Below are positions 17,827 to 26,614 of a stretch of DNA of 64,000 nt, in pieces; positions within the stretch are counted from its first letter, which is position 1; every line of letters starts with the position of its first letter. The stretch comes from Myxococcales bacterium (GTDB taxonomy: Bacteria > Myxococcota_A > Polyangia > Polyangiales > DASUME01). The translations under genes and the position numbers were made by a program. A model generated the notes under the pieces. That model saw nothing but the letters and a program-made list of their open reading frames with translations, was not told where the DNA came from and made no database searches. The DNA lies in NCBI GenBank assembly GCA_047601445.1, contig JASGJH010000001.1:5120001-5184000 (forward strand). Reading direction: 5' to 3'.

Positions 17827-19122
17827 TCAGAGGGGAAAGTCGTAGCGCACCAGATGCCGCTGAAAATGCTCGTCGCTGTGGACGCCGTACACCACTCCGC
17901 GCTGATCGGAGACGGCGATCATTTGCATCTCGAGCAAGGGTGTCAGAGCACACGAGACCTGCTGAGTGTCGCTCAGGTAGCAAAGCGTGGTCTCGTCTGC
18001 ACCGCGGTCGCCGGTGCTCGTCAAGAGGTACGCGCCGCCAAACGCGTCCGGCTGCAGTGCGTGCACTGACATCAGCGTGTAGCTGGAGCGAACCATGGTG
18101 AACCTGGTCGAGACCGTCCCGTCGATGCGGAGCCACTCGATGTCGCCGGTGCCGTTGGTCGCCGCCACCACCAGGCGATTGCGGGAGTCGATCGTCGTCT
18201 TGTACTGCGGCCATGGCATGAAGTCGACGCGCTGGGACAACACATTGCCCGTGTTCCAGTCGATTCTGTAGGTGGTGAGGTTCTGAACGTAGTCCTGCAC
18301 GTTGCTTGGCACCGTGACTCCAAAGCGTCCCACGAGCAGCAGTTGATCGGCTCCGCCGAAGGCGACCATGGTCTCGAACTCATCCATCGCCTGCGGCGTG
18401 CTCACGCTCACCGTGGCGTTCTGCTGCCAGAGCACCTCGCCTCGCGCGTCGACGCGAGCCGAGAACCAACCATCCATCACGCTGAGGACTGCAAAGTCTT
18501 CGGCCCCAGGCGGACGCTGGATCATGCGAGGGTTGAAAGGAGCAGGATTTCCCTGCGCAAGCATGGTTCGCGAAAAGCCCTCCTGCACGCTGCCCTTCAA
18601 CGCGTAGGCCTCGATCTGGTTTTGGGGAACCGCGGGCGCACAGTTGTTGTACCAGGTCGTGAAGAAAACCGGTCCCGGGTTGCTCGGATACAGCCAGGCG
18701 CCCGAGTTAGCCACATCGGCGTCGAAGCGGCAGCCGTGTTTGGGCTCGGGCGGGGGGATGTCCAGCGTACCGAGCTCCGCACCATCATCCCGAAGTTGGC
18801 GCACATGGAAGGACTCAACTGCGGCACCGCCAGCCGAGATTTCCCACACCGTGCCATTGGTGCCGGCCGCGATCGATCCGTTCCCCAGAGGTACCGACCA
18901 GGTCGGATCGAGCAGCTCTATCGTCGGCGTCACGTCCGCATTCGAGGGATCAACCACCCCTTGGTCGAACTCCTCGGGCAGCTCGCAGGAGATCTTCTCT
19001 CCGAGGCAGGACGTGCGGTTGTCCCCGACGCTGGCCGAGTCACCACACGCGCACGCCAGCATCAGCATTCCGCCAAGCACGGCCTTCTTGTTTCTTGCCA
19101 CGGTCACCACCTTCACTATCAA
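17827..19122 (-). CDS. Lipoprotein, array paralog A3
   Basis: Lipobox ACACGD; DWNTGNV, GDIEW, RSSYT, GGAYLLTSTGDR, RYDFPL; start TTG 19122 (motif position) or ATG 19128. Confidence 0.8.
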   Translation of the reverse strand: MIVKVVTVARNKKAVLGGMLMLACACGDSASVGDNRTSCLGEKISCELPEEFDQGVVDPSNADVTPTIELLDPTWSVPLGNGSIAAGTNGTVWEISAGGAAVESFHVRQLRDDGAELGTLDIPPPEPKHGCRFDADVANSGAWLYPSNPGPVFFTTWYNNCAPAVPQNQIEAYALKGSVQEGFSRTMLAQGNPAPFNPRMIQRPPGAEDFAVLSVMDGWFSARVDARGEVLWQQNATVSVSTPQAMDEFETMVAFGGADQLLLVGRFGVTVPSNVQDYVQNLTTYRIDWNTGNVLSQRVDFMPWPQYKTTIDSRNRLVVAATNGTGDIEWLRIDGTVSTRFTMVRSSYTLMSVHALQPDAFGGAYLLTSTGDRGADETTLCYLSDTQQVSCALTPLLEMQMIAVSDQRGVVYGVHSDEHFQRHLVRYDFPL

Positions 19123-19167
19123 GCCCATGCGTGCAGTCACGCGCATCGTTCCTCGAGATTTCGCGCG
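19123..19167 (-). promoter_or_regulatory. Conserved promoter-like motif, copy 3
   Basis: GAAATCTCGAGGAA CGATGCGCGTGACT GCAC GCATGGGC TTG. Confidence 0.72.
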
Positions 19168-19181
19168 CTGGGCGCTCGATT

Positions 19182-20456
19182 TCAGATGGGAAAGTCGAAG
19201 CGCGCGAGACGTGTCCCGGTCTGTTGATCCCACGCCTGCGCGTAGAGCACGCCGGGGATGTCCGAAACGACGAAGTTGCGCGCTTCCGGCACCAAGGCGC
19301 AGGAGATCGCCATGGCGTCGTTCATGTAACAGAGGGTCTGAACGGCCGCGTTGCGATCGCCGGAGGCAGTCACGAGATAGGTGCCACCCACGCTGTCCGC
19401 GATGAGCGATTGCACCGCAAGGTAAGTATAACCTTCACGGATGATCGTCCTCTCGTCGAGCGCGGCTCCCTGCGAGCGCGACCACGAGATGTCCCCGCTG
19501 TAAGTGCTGCCCGCAACGACCGTTCGTCCCTCGGAGTCGAGCGCAAACGTCGCACTACCGTCCAACAGGAGGCCGGGCACGGCCGTCCGAGATTGCACGC
19601 TGCCAGTCTCCCAGTCGAGCACGACCATGGAAGGCGTCACGCTACCCTGGTCCTGCGGCAGCTCACCGATCACGACCAAGGAGCCATCGACTCCCCAGAA
19701 GAGCGACGCGTAAGTAAAATTCCCGAACTCGAGCTCTCGGTCGTAGAACTCTCTCGCGATCGACGACTGCTGCCAGACGATGTCCCCGGCGGCGTCGATC
19801 CGCGTCGGCGCCCAACCTTTCGGGAAGAGGGGCAGCACCGCGTGTTCGTTGCTCTGCGCCTTGCGCGCCAGGACAGGTGGAACCGTGTTGCCGGTAACAT
19901 CGAGATCGGCACGGGTGACCGGCTCGGATACGCTCGAGCCGAAATCGATGACCTCCGCCTGAGTGTCGTAGATGCCTCCCGGGCAGTGCACTGACCAGCC
20001 AACGACCAGCGTCGGTCCAGGATCGCCTTGGTTGAGGCTGAACACGGGGATGTCCTGCTGAACGCACTTGAGGTCCGCCGGGGGCAGGATGTCTTGCGTC
20101 CCGAGCACCCCTCCATCGGCATTCAGCTGCCAAAGACGGATCCCGGTCAGGCCGAGTACCGCGGTGGCTGACCAGAAGGTTCCACCAACACCAGCAACCA
20201 TCTGGCCGTCGCTGCCGCCGTTGACCGTCTCCCAGGTAGGCATGAGCGTGGGGAGGGGTCCGGGGGTGATCTCGACGGGCTGGGAAGATTGCGAAAGCGA
20301 GGTGTATTTGGGCAACTCACCACAGTGAATCTTGTCGCCCTGACAGTTCGCCTCCGTGTACCCGACGTTGGCCTGATCACCGCATCCCGTGAGCAGCGCC
20401 AGCCCGAAGCCCGCCAGGACCCCGACTCGCCGAGAGCGTCCAGTTGCGTTGTGCAT
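19182..20456 (-). CDS. Lipoprotein, array paralog A4
   Basis: Lipobox LTGCGD; DWETGSV, GRTVVA, GDISW, GGTYLVTASGDR, RFDFPI. Confidence 0.8.
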   Translation of the reverse strand: MHNATGRSRRVGVLAGFGLALLTGCGDQANVGYTEANCQGDKIHCGELPKYTSLSQSSQPVEITPGPLPTLMPTWETVNGGSDGQMVAGVGGTFWSATAVLGLTGIRLWQLNADGGVLGTQDILPPADLKCVQQDIPVFSLNQGDPGPTLVVGWSVHCPGGIYDTQAEVIDFGSSVSEPVTRADLDVTGNTVPPVLARKAQSNEHAVLPLFPKGWAPTRIDAAGDIVWQQSSIAREFYDRELEFGNFTYASLFWGVDGSLVVIGELPQDQGSVTPSMVVLDWETGSVQSRTAVPGLLLDGSATFALDSEGRTVVAGSTYSGDISWSRSQGAALDERTIIREGYTYLAVQSLIADSVGGTYLVTASGDRNAAVQTLCYMNDAMAISCALVPEARNFVVSDIPGVLYAQAWDQQTGTRLARFDFPI

Positions 20457-20501
20457 GCCCCTGTGTGCAGCCGAACGCGCCGCTCCTCGAAACTTTCTCG
20501 C
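20457..20501 (-). promoter_or_regulatory. Conserved promoter-like motif, copy 4
   Basis: GAAAGTTTCGAGGAG CGGCGCGTTCGGCT GCAC ACAGGGGC ATG. Confidence 0.72.
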
Positions 20502-20535
20502 GGCCTCGACTCCCATCACCCCGACCCGGCTCCGC

Positions 20536-21678
20536 TCAGAACCCCAAGCTCGGCCCCAAGCTCACCAGGTACGAAAGCTCGGGCACCGCATAGCCCACCC
20601 GAGTGTCGTCATACACGAACCGTCGTCCGAGCAGGTTGGCCCGCGCGCTGCCGCTCGCCACGAAGCCCAGAGTCCCCCGCAAGCGCACGCGCAGCTCGAG
20701 CGTCGCCGCCACGCCGACCCCGCTCAAGAGGGCGCTGCGATCGCGGTCGAAGCTCGCTCCACGCTGCCGCCAGAGCGAATATTCGGGGCCCACGCAGGCG
20801 CGCACGCGCACGCCGCGTTCGGCGGCCATGCCACCGCACAGCGCCACCGCCGCGTCGAAGGCCTGAGCTTTGACGCGTTCCTCGGAATGTTCGGGCAGGC
20901 TCATCGCGCCGAGGCCCGACGTGCCACGCAAGGTGCCCATCAGGCTCGCGTAGGTCCCCCACTGCCGCGCCAGCGACGCGCCGAGCCCCAACAGCCCGCT
21001 CGGCGCCACCTCGAACATCCCGACTCCCATCACGCCGAGCTCCCAGGTGGAAGCAAGCGGTGCGGCTGGAAGCGCAGGCGTTCGTGGGACCTCGGGTGTT
21101 GGCTCGGGGTCCTCGATCAACGGTCGCGCGGCCGCCGCAGGCGGTGCGGGCTCGGTCGGAATCGGGACCGCCACGGGTTGCGGTGGGTTCGCGTCGAGCT
21201 CGGCCAAGAGCTGCTGCTCTGCGGGGACTTCACTGCTGACGAGTCCTACCAGGGCAGGTGGAAGCCCTTCCAGCGATAGATTCGGGTCCAGCATCATGGC
21301 AACGATGAACACCAGCGCGTCGTCGAGCTCGCGACAGCTCGGTGCCGTCTGCTCCAACACGCGGTGTCCGTGCGCCTCTCGGGCAGGTTCCCACAGCACC
21401 ACGCGTGCGCGAAAGTGCTGCTCGGAGGTGCGCTCGATGTGCCCCTCGATCACCCGCCGCGCCTCGCTCGGCGCACTCGATGTCGCTTGAGGATGCTCGT
21501 GCCCTGATGGTGAGCGCGGTGCTCTTACTCGGCCTGGCCGCCCCGGTGCGCGCCGAGCCGCCCGCCGCCACGAGCTTGCACTGGGCACGCGCGGAGAGTG
21601 CCGCTGAATGCATCGACCCAGTGAGTCTCGGGGAGCGCGTGGAGCGGCTCACCGGCAGTCGTTTGATTTGCAGTGCAT
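20536..21678 (-). pseudogene. Paralog B2, interrupted by inversion of its 5' segment (21477-21666)
   Basis: C-terminal part on the minus strand (SAPSEARRVIEGHIE...GPSLGF); signal peptide and LHWARAESAAECIDP...LTGSRL lie on the plus strand; flipping the segment gives a 380-aa ORF from ATG 21678. Confidence 0.85.
21477..21666 (+). other. Inverted 190-bp intragenic segment bounded by TC...GA
   Basis: Both junctions restore the reading frame exactly and match the B1 and B3 alignment with no gap. Confidence 0.85.
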
Positions 21679-21715
21679 GCGAGTGGGGCTCGAGAGGTGA
21701 TTTTCTGTTCCCCGT

Positions 21716-23023
21716 TCACCCCTGCGTGGGTAAGTCAAAACGCAAAAGCTCACCGTTGCGGCCGACACCGAACACTGCTTCCCCCGGACCCACCACCGGA
21801 CCAATCATGAGCTCTGGTGTCCGCCAGCAGGAAACCTCGAGTGCCGCGCTGAGGCGACACAGCGTGGGCACAGGGTTGTCCCGCGACCCCGTCCGAGTGA
21901 GCAGATAGCTCGTGCCCTGAGCGCCCACCTCGAGTCCGAGCAACACAGGCACCTGATAGTCCTGACGCAGCAGCGTGATCTGCTCGAACGCGCTGCCCGC
22001 AAGGCGGCCCCACACGAGGTCGAGGTTCTGCGAGCTCGCCATCACCAGACGCCCCTCCGGGTCAGCTCGCACGACGGCATCGTAGCTCGGCGTGAAGTCC
22101 ACCCCACGCCGCTTGATCACGTTGCCCGAGTGCCAGTCGAGGTCGAAGAAGGTGGCTGACCCGCCCTCGCTCAGCGTTCCCATCAGCGTCAGCTGCTGCG
22201 GGCCCGAGAACACCAGCGCGGAGCCGAGCGCGCCCGGAATCTGAAAACCCTCTGGGAACCCGGTCTGCTGCCACTCGATGTCGCCGGCAGCCGAGAGACG
22301 CGCCGTGGTCCAGCCCGCGCTCACGACCGACAGCGCCAGATAGTCCGCGCCGTTGGCCTCGCGCATGGCAAAAGGCGGCAAGAACGAGGCCTCGAGGGCC
22401 GATGTTTCGCTCTCTCCCAACAGCACGCGCATGGCTGCGTCCTGCACGCTCGCGCCAAAGGCGACCAGCTCCGTGCGTTCACAACTGAGCAGTTCGTCTC
22501 CCTGGCAGGCCTGCTTCCACTCGAGGGCCGCGGTGGGTCCGGGAATGCCCGCAGACACGTTGTAGAGCAGGCTCAACGAGATGTCGTCGGCGGTGCCCCG
22601 CAGCCCCGGAGGCGCCTGCAGTTGCTGCGTACCGAGCACGTTGCCGTCCCCGTCGAGCTGCATGACCGTGAACTGCTCGGCATCCGCGCCAAACGTCCAC
22701 AACGAGCCATCGTTCCCTGCGATCGTGCGCCCCAAGAGCAGCGCCGTGTCGCCAGGCTGCAACGAAGGTAGCGGGGGCCGGCTCCAGGTCGCCTTCAATT
22801 CCTCGGTCGCGATCAGCGGGACTGTGCGCGGGTCCGCCGTCATCGCGAACTCCGTATTCTCGGGCACCTCGCACTTCACGCCTTCGCCCATGCAAACGGG
22901 CTTTCGGGTGTACCCCACGTAGGCAACGTCCCCGCAGGCCGCCAAGAGCGCCATGGCACCAGCGAGCGCCCACTGCATTCCCTGCACGGCCAGGCTCTTC
23001 ATTGCGCGGTTCCTAGGGTTCAT
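21716..23023 (-). CDS. Lipoprotein, array paralog A5
   Basis: Lipobox LAACGD; DWHSGNV, GRLVMA, SYLLTRTGSR, TLC..SC, RFDLP. Confidence 0.8.
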   Translation of the reverse strand: MNPRNRAMKSLAVQGMQWALAGAMALLAACGDVAYVGYTRKPVCMGEGVKCEVPENTEFAMTADPRTVPLIATEELKATWSRPPLPSLQPGDTALLLGRTIAGNDGSLWTFGADAEQFTVMQLDGDGNVLGTQQLQAPPGLRGTADDISLSLLYNVSAGIPGPTAALEWKQACQGDELLSCERTELVAFGASVQDAAMRVLLGESETSALEASFLPPFAMREANGADYLALSVVSAGWTTARLSAAGDIEWQQTGFPEGFQIPGALGSALVFSGPQQLTLMGTLSEGGSATFFDLDWHSGNVIKRRGVDFTPSYDAVVRADPEGRLVMASSQNLDLVWGRLAGSAFEQITLLRQDYQVPVLLGLEVGAQGTSYLLTRTGSRDNPVPTLCRLSAALEVSCWRTPELMIGPVVGPGEAVFGVGRNGELLRFDLPTQG

Positions 23024-23067
23024 GCCGGTGTGTGCGGGCACGGGAGATCTTTCTGGAAACTTTTTTC
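23024..23067 (-). promoter_or_regulatory. Conserved promoter-like motif, copy 5 (diverged)
   Basis: GAAAAAAGTTTCCAGAAA GATCTCCCGTGCCC GCAC ACACCGGC ATG. Confidence 0.65.
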
Positions 23068-23071
23068 ACCC

Positions 23072-24199
23072 TCAAAAAGCACAACCGGGGCCGAATCCCG
23101 CCGTGGCCTGGGCCCGCGGAACCGTGAACCCGGCGCCCTCCTGGTCGTACACGAACTTGCGCCCCAGCGTGCTGATCCGCAGCGCGCCAAAGCCGTGCAA
23201 CCACCAACGGCCGCGCAAGCGAATGCGCAGATCGAGGCCGGCCGCGATCCCGAAGCCGCTGAGCACCCCCGCGCGGTCACGCCCGAAGCCCGTGCCGACC
23301 TGACGCCACAGCGAGTACTCGGGACTCAAGCAGGCGCGTAGCCGTAGCATGGGCTCCCGCTCGGTCCCCACGCACACGCCGAGTGCCGCGTCGAAGGCCT
23401 GCGCATGGACCATCACGAACGACGAGGAGTCGACGACGGCGGCCGTGTAGCTCCGTGCGCCACGCAGGGTCCCGACCAAGCTCCAGACAGGACTCAGGCG
23501 CCGAAACAGCGAGGCATCGACGCCGTACAGTGTGCCAGGTGCCACGTTGAACTGCGCCATTCCCGCGAGCCTTACTTCGAGCGGTCCCTCCGAGCTGCTC
23601 GTCGCGCGCGGAGGCTTGGGCTCGGCCTTTGGTGCCTGGGGAGCGGGGCGTGCCGGTTCGGGAGCGGACTCCGTGGGATCGAGGAGCTGCGTGTTCGCAG
23701 CTGGAGCCTGTTGCTGCTCGAGCTCGGCGAGGAGCGCTTGATCCGGGCTCGATTCGCCCGAGATGAGCTTGAGCAGCGCGGGCGAGAGTCCCTCGATGGA
23801 GAGATTGGGATCCACCATCATACCCACCATGAAGACGATGGCCCCGTCCAGCTCGCGGCAGTCCTTCGCCTGTTGCTCGAGCACGCGCTGGCCGCCCGTG
23901 TCGTGGCCGCGCTCGGTGAGCGTGATGCGCACCCGATAGTGCTCGGGCACGGGACTCTCGATCTGCCCCTCGATGCTGCGCAAAGCATGCGCGGGTCGAC
24001 TCAAGGTGGTGCCAGTGAGTTGCTCCACGCGCTCCGCCAGGACGGCCGGCGCGATGCACCCGCGAGCGCTCTCGGAGCGAGTCCAATGAAGCGCCGGTGG
24101 TTCGAGGTCCGCGGCGCGCACATGAGCCGAGACGCCGATCGACGCCGCGACGAAGGCCCAGGCGAGTCGAGCGAGCACGGGGCGGCCCTCCGAGTTCAT
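23072..24199 (-). CDS. Exported protein, paralog B3
   Basis: LHWTRSESARGCIAP...IEGQIE...CRELDGAIVFMVGMMVDPNLS...ACLSPEYSLWRQ...GPGCAF. Confidence 0.75.
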   Translation of the reverse strand: MNSEGRPVLARLAWAFVAASIGVSAHVRAADLEPPALHWTRSESARGCIAPAVLAERVEQLTGTTLSRPAHALRSIEGQIESPVPEHYRVRITLTERGHDTGGQRVLEQQAKDCRELDGAIVFMVGMMVDPNLSIEGLSPALLKLISGESSPDQALLAELEQQQAPAANTQLLDPTESAPEPARPAPQAPKAEPKPPRATSSSEGPLEVRLAGMAQFNVAPGTLYGVDASLFRRLSPVWSLVGTLRGARSYTAAVVDSSSFVMVHAQAFDAALGVCVGTEREPMLRLRACLSPEYSLWRQVGTGFGRDRAGVLSGFGIAAGLDLRIRLRGRWWLHGFGALRISTLGRKFVYDQEGAGFTVPRAQATAGFGPGCAF

Positions 24200-24234
24200 G
24201 CACCGTTTCTTAGCAGTCGGGAACTTCAGCGCTC

Positions 24235-24858
24235 TCAAGGTTCCCGGTATCGCACGCGCAGCGAGACTCCACCGGCAATGAGCCGCGAGCGAATATCGTA
24301 GAAGCCCCAATCTCCATCTTCGCGATAGTCGACTTGCTCGAGAGCGGATGCGAGTCCGAGCCCCAGGTACCAGGCGTCGGCCACCTGCCAGGCATAGCCG
24401 AGCTCCATGCCTGCGCTGAAGCCGTGATGCTCTTGCATGAGCGCGAGGCCTCCACGCAGCGTAGCGTAGACACCGCGGTCGGCGTGCTGCGAGAGCGTGA
24501 GCTGGAGACCGAGCGCCCCGGCGTGGGCCGGCCTGACCCTGAAACCCTCGGGATGCCCAGCGAGGCCGATTCGAGCGTAACCCGCGAGCTGCACATGATC
24601 ACCGAGGTAGGCTCCCAGCGCCAGCCCGAACTCGCTGCCAAAACCGACGTAGGGATGACGGTCGTACGTGCTCTTGGGAGCGCCCGTATCGGTATCGGTG
24701 TACACGCTGCGTTCACTCCACTTCGCCGCGCCGAGCACCAACGAGGGCTCCACCAAGACGCCGAAGTCGGAGGCGCGCGCGGTGGGCTGCGAGCCGAGGA
24801 GCACGAAGCAGACGAGCAAGGCGAGAGAGAGACCTATGGTTCTTGGCACTTCGAGCAC
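24235..24858 (-). CDS. Hypothetical exported protein, small outer-membrane beta-barrel-like
   Basis: Signal peptide, alternating Gly/hydrophobic strands (ELGYAWQV..WYLGLG, VSLRVRY). Confidence 0.6.
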   Translation of the reverse strand: MLEVPRTIGLSLALLVCFVLLGSQPTARASDFGVLVEPSLVLGAAKWSERSVYTDTDTGAPKSTYDRHPYVGFGSEFGLALGAYLGDHVQLAGYARIGLAGHPEGFRVRPAHAGALGLQLTLSQHADRGVYATLRGGLALMQEHHGFSAGMELGYAWQVADAWYLGLGLASALEQVDYREDGDWGFYDIRSRLIAGGVSLRVRYREP

Positions 24859-24978
24859 AACGCACGCGGGTCGCGGATATAGTTCAAAGCACGAGACGAG
24901 ACCGAGCCGTCACCCCAAACCAGTCTCAACTCGACGCCGCGCCACGGCCTACAAAGTTTTCGGTGGCTCGCCCGAGCG

Positions 24979-25018
24979 AAAGCAAAAACGCGGACAAGGC
25001 CGAGGCCCTGCCCGCGTT
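24979..25018 (-). terminator. Rho-independent terminator after the thiolase gene
   Basis: Minus strand AACGCGGGCAGGGCC-TC-GGCCTTGTCCGCGTT hairpin running into TTTTTGCTTT, 24 bp past the stop. Confidence 0.8.
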
Positions 25019-25041
25019 CACTGCGCCTTGGCGCTAGGAGC

Positions 25042-26319
25042 TCAGCGCTCCATGATGGCGACGACGCCCTGGCCGCCGGCCGCGCAGATGGAGATCAGGC
25101 CGCGACCCTTGCCCTTCTTCTCGAGGAGCTTGGCGAGCGTGGCCACGATACGACCACCGGTAGCGGCGAACGGGTGACCGGTGGCGAGGCTCGAGCCCTT
25201 GACGTTGAGCTTGGAGCGATCGATGGAGCCGAGGGCCTTGGAGAGACCGAGCCTCTCCTTACAGAAGGTGGGGTCTTCCCAGGCCTTCAGCGTGCACAGC
25301 ACCTGGGCCGCGAACGCCTCGTGGATCTCGTAGAAGTCGAAGTCCTGCAGCTTGAGGCCGGCGCGGTCGAGCATGCGCGGCACGGCGTAGGCAGGGGCCA
25401 TCAGGAGGCCTTCGGGCTTGGGTCCGAAGAAATCCACGGCCGCGTTCTCGTACTCCGTGAAGTACGCGCGGACGGGCAGGTTGCGCTGCTTGGCCCACTC
25501 TTCGCTCGCGAACAGCACGGCGGAGGCTCCGTCGGTGAGGTTCGTGCTGTTGCCAGCCGTGAGCGTGCCGTTCTGGCGGTCGTAGGCGGGCTTGAGCGAA
25601 GCCAGCTTCTCGATGGTGGTGTCGGGACGCAGGATGCCGTCCTTGGTCACGCCCTTGAAGGGCGTGATGAGGTCGCCGAAGAAGCCTTCTTCGTAGGCGG
25701 CGGCGGCGTTCTTGTGGCTGAGGTACGTGAGCTGGTCCTGCTCAGCGCGCGGGATCTTCCACTCCTTGGCCATGATCTCGCAGTGGTCGCCCATGGAGAG
25801 ACCCGTGCGGGGCTCGGCGTTGGAGGGGACGAGCGGCATCAGGTCCTTTGCGCGCAGGTCCTTGAACGCCATGAGCTGCTCGGCCGGCGTCTTGGCGCGG
25901 TTGGCCTTGAGCAGGATCTTGCGGAGGCCTTCGCCCACGCCGATGGGGGCGTCGCTGGTCGTGTCACTGCCGCCGGCGATGGCGGAGTCGATCTTGCCGA
26001 GGGCGATCTTGTTGGCCGACAGGATGGCGGCCTCGAGGCCGGTGCCACAGGCCTGCTGAACGTCGTAGGCCGGGGTGTCGGCCGAGAGACCGGAGTCGAG
26101 CAAGGACTCGCGGGTCAGGTTGAAATCGCGCGAGTGCTTGATGACCGCGCCCGCGGCCACTTCACCGATGCGCTCGCCGCGCAGGTTGTAGCGGTCCACC
26201 AGACCCTTGAGGGCAGCCGTCAACATCTGCTGATTGCTGGCTTCGGCGTACTGCGCGTTCGACTTCACGAAGGGGATACGGTTGCCGCCGATCACGGCGA
26301 CCTTGCGGATCTGGCTCAT
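25042..26319 (-). CDS. Acetyl-CoA C-acyltransferase (thiolase)
   Basis: QQACGTG, TAGNST..TDGAS, EIHEAFAAQ, GHPFAATG, ICAAGGQG. Confidence 0.95.
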   Translation of the reverse strand: MSQIRKVAVIGGNRIPFVKSNAQYAEASNQQMLTAALKGLVDRYNLRGERIGEVAAGAVIKHSRDFNLTRESLLDSGLSADTPAYDVQQACGTGLEAAILSANKIALGKIDSAIAGGSDTTSDAPIGVGEGLRKILLKANRAKTPAEQLMAFKDLRAKDLMPLVPSNAEPRTGLSMGDHCEIMAKEWKIPRAEQDQLTYLSHKNAAAAYEEGFFGDLITPFKGVTKDGILRPDTTIEKLASLKPAYDRQNGTLTAGNSTNLTDGASAVLFASEEWAKQRNLPVRAYFTEYENAAVDFFGPKPEGLLMAPAYAVPRMLDRAGLKLQDFDFYEIHEAFAAQVLCTLKAWEDPTFCKERLGLSKALGSIDRSKLNVKGSSLATGHPFAATGGRIVATLAKLLEKKGKGRGLISICAAGGQGVVAIMER

Positions 26320-26614
26320 ATCATTCGGTCCTTGCGAGATTAGGCCTCACCGCCGTTAAGCCGGTCGGTGGGCACTCGACCGCCGAAATCTAGATCAAAC
26401 ATGGGGGTTGTCGAAGGGCGACCAGCCGAAAGGTAGGGCAAAAAACGCTTCACGAGAGATACCAGTGTCCGTTCCGGAACAAGGATAGACCCGAAAGACG
26501 GAAGTCCCCGCCCCCGCGGTCATCCGGGCCAATCGAGGGGCCGGCTCTCGCTACTTCGCTTTCACCCGCTCGCTCCGTAACCCAAGCCGGTTACGGGCCC
26601 ACCATGAGTTCCCT

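Noticed and set aside
21342..21908. Plus-strand 188-aa ORF as an independent gene
   Set aside because: Its only protein-like part is the inverted 5' segment of paralog B2; the rest is antisense to neighbouring genes.
13984..23023. Paralog array as a diversity-generating retroelement or shufflon
   Set aside because: No reverse transcriptase or recombinase, no near-identical TR/VR pair differing at adenines, and no repeated crossover sites.
15310..23067. Repeated intergenic motif as a CRISPR, attC/integron or REP array
   Set aside because: Copies are kilobases apart, non-palindromic, have a variable core and sit at a fixed distance from start codons; no cas or integrase gene is present.
26410..26470. 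AGGGCGA-CCAGCC-GAAA-GGTAGG-GCAAAA resembles the GNRA hairpin of a c-di-GMP-I riboswitch
   Set aside because: The conserved flanks (GGCAAA, GACGCAAAG) are degenerate and no tetraloop-receptor stem is visible; it would need an Infernal hit.
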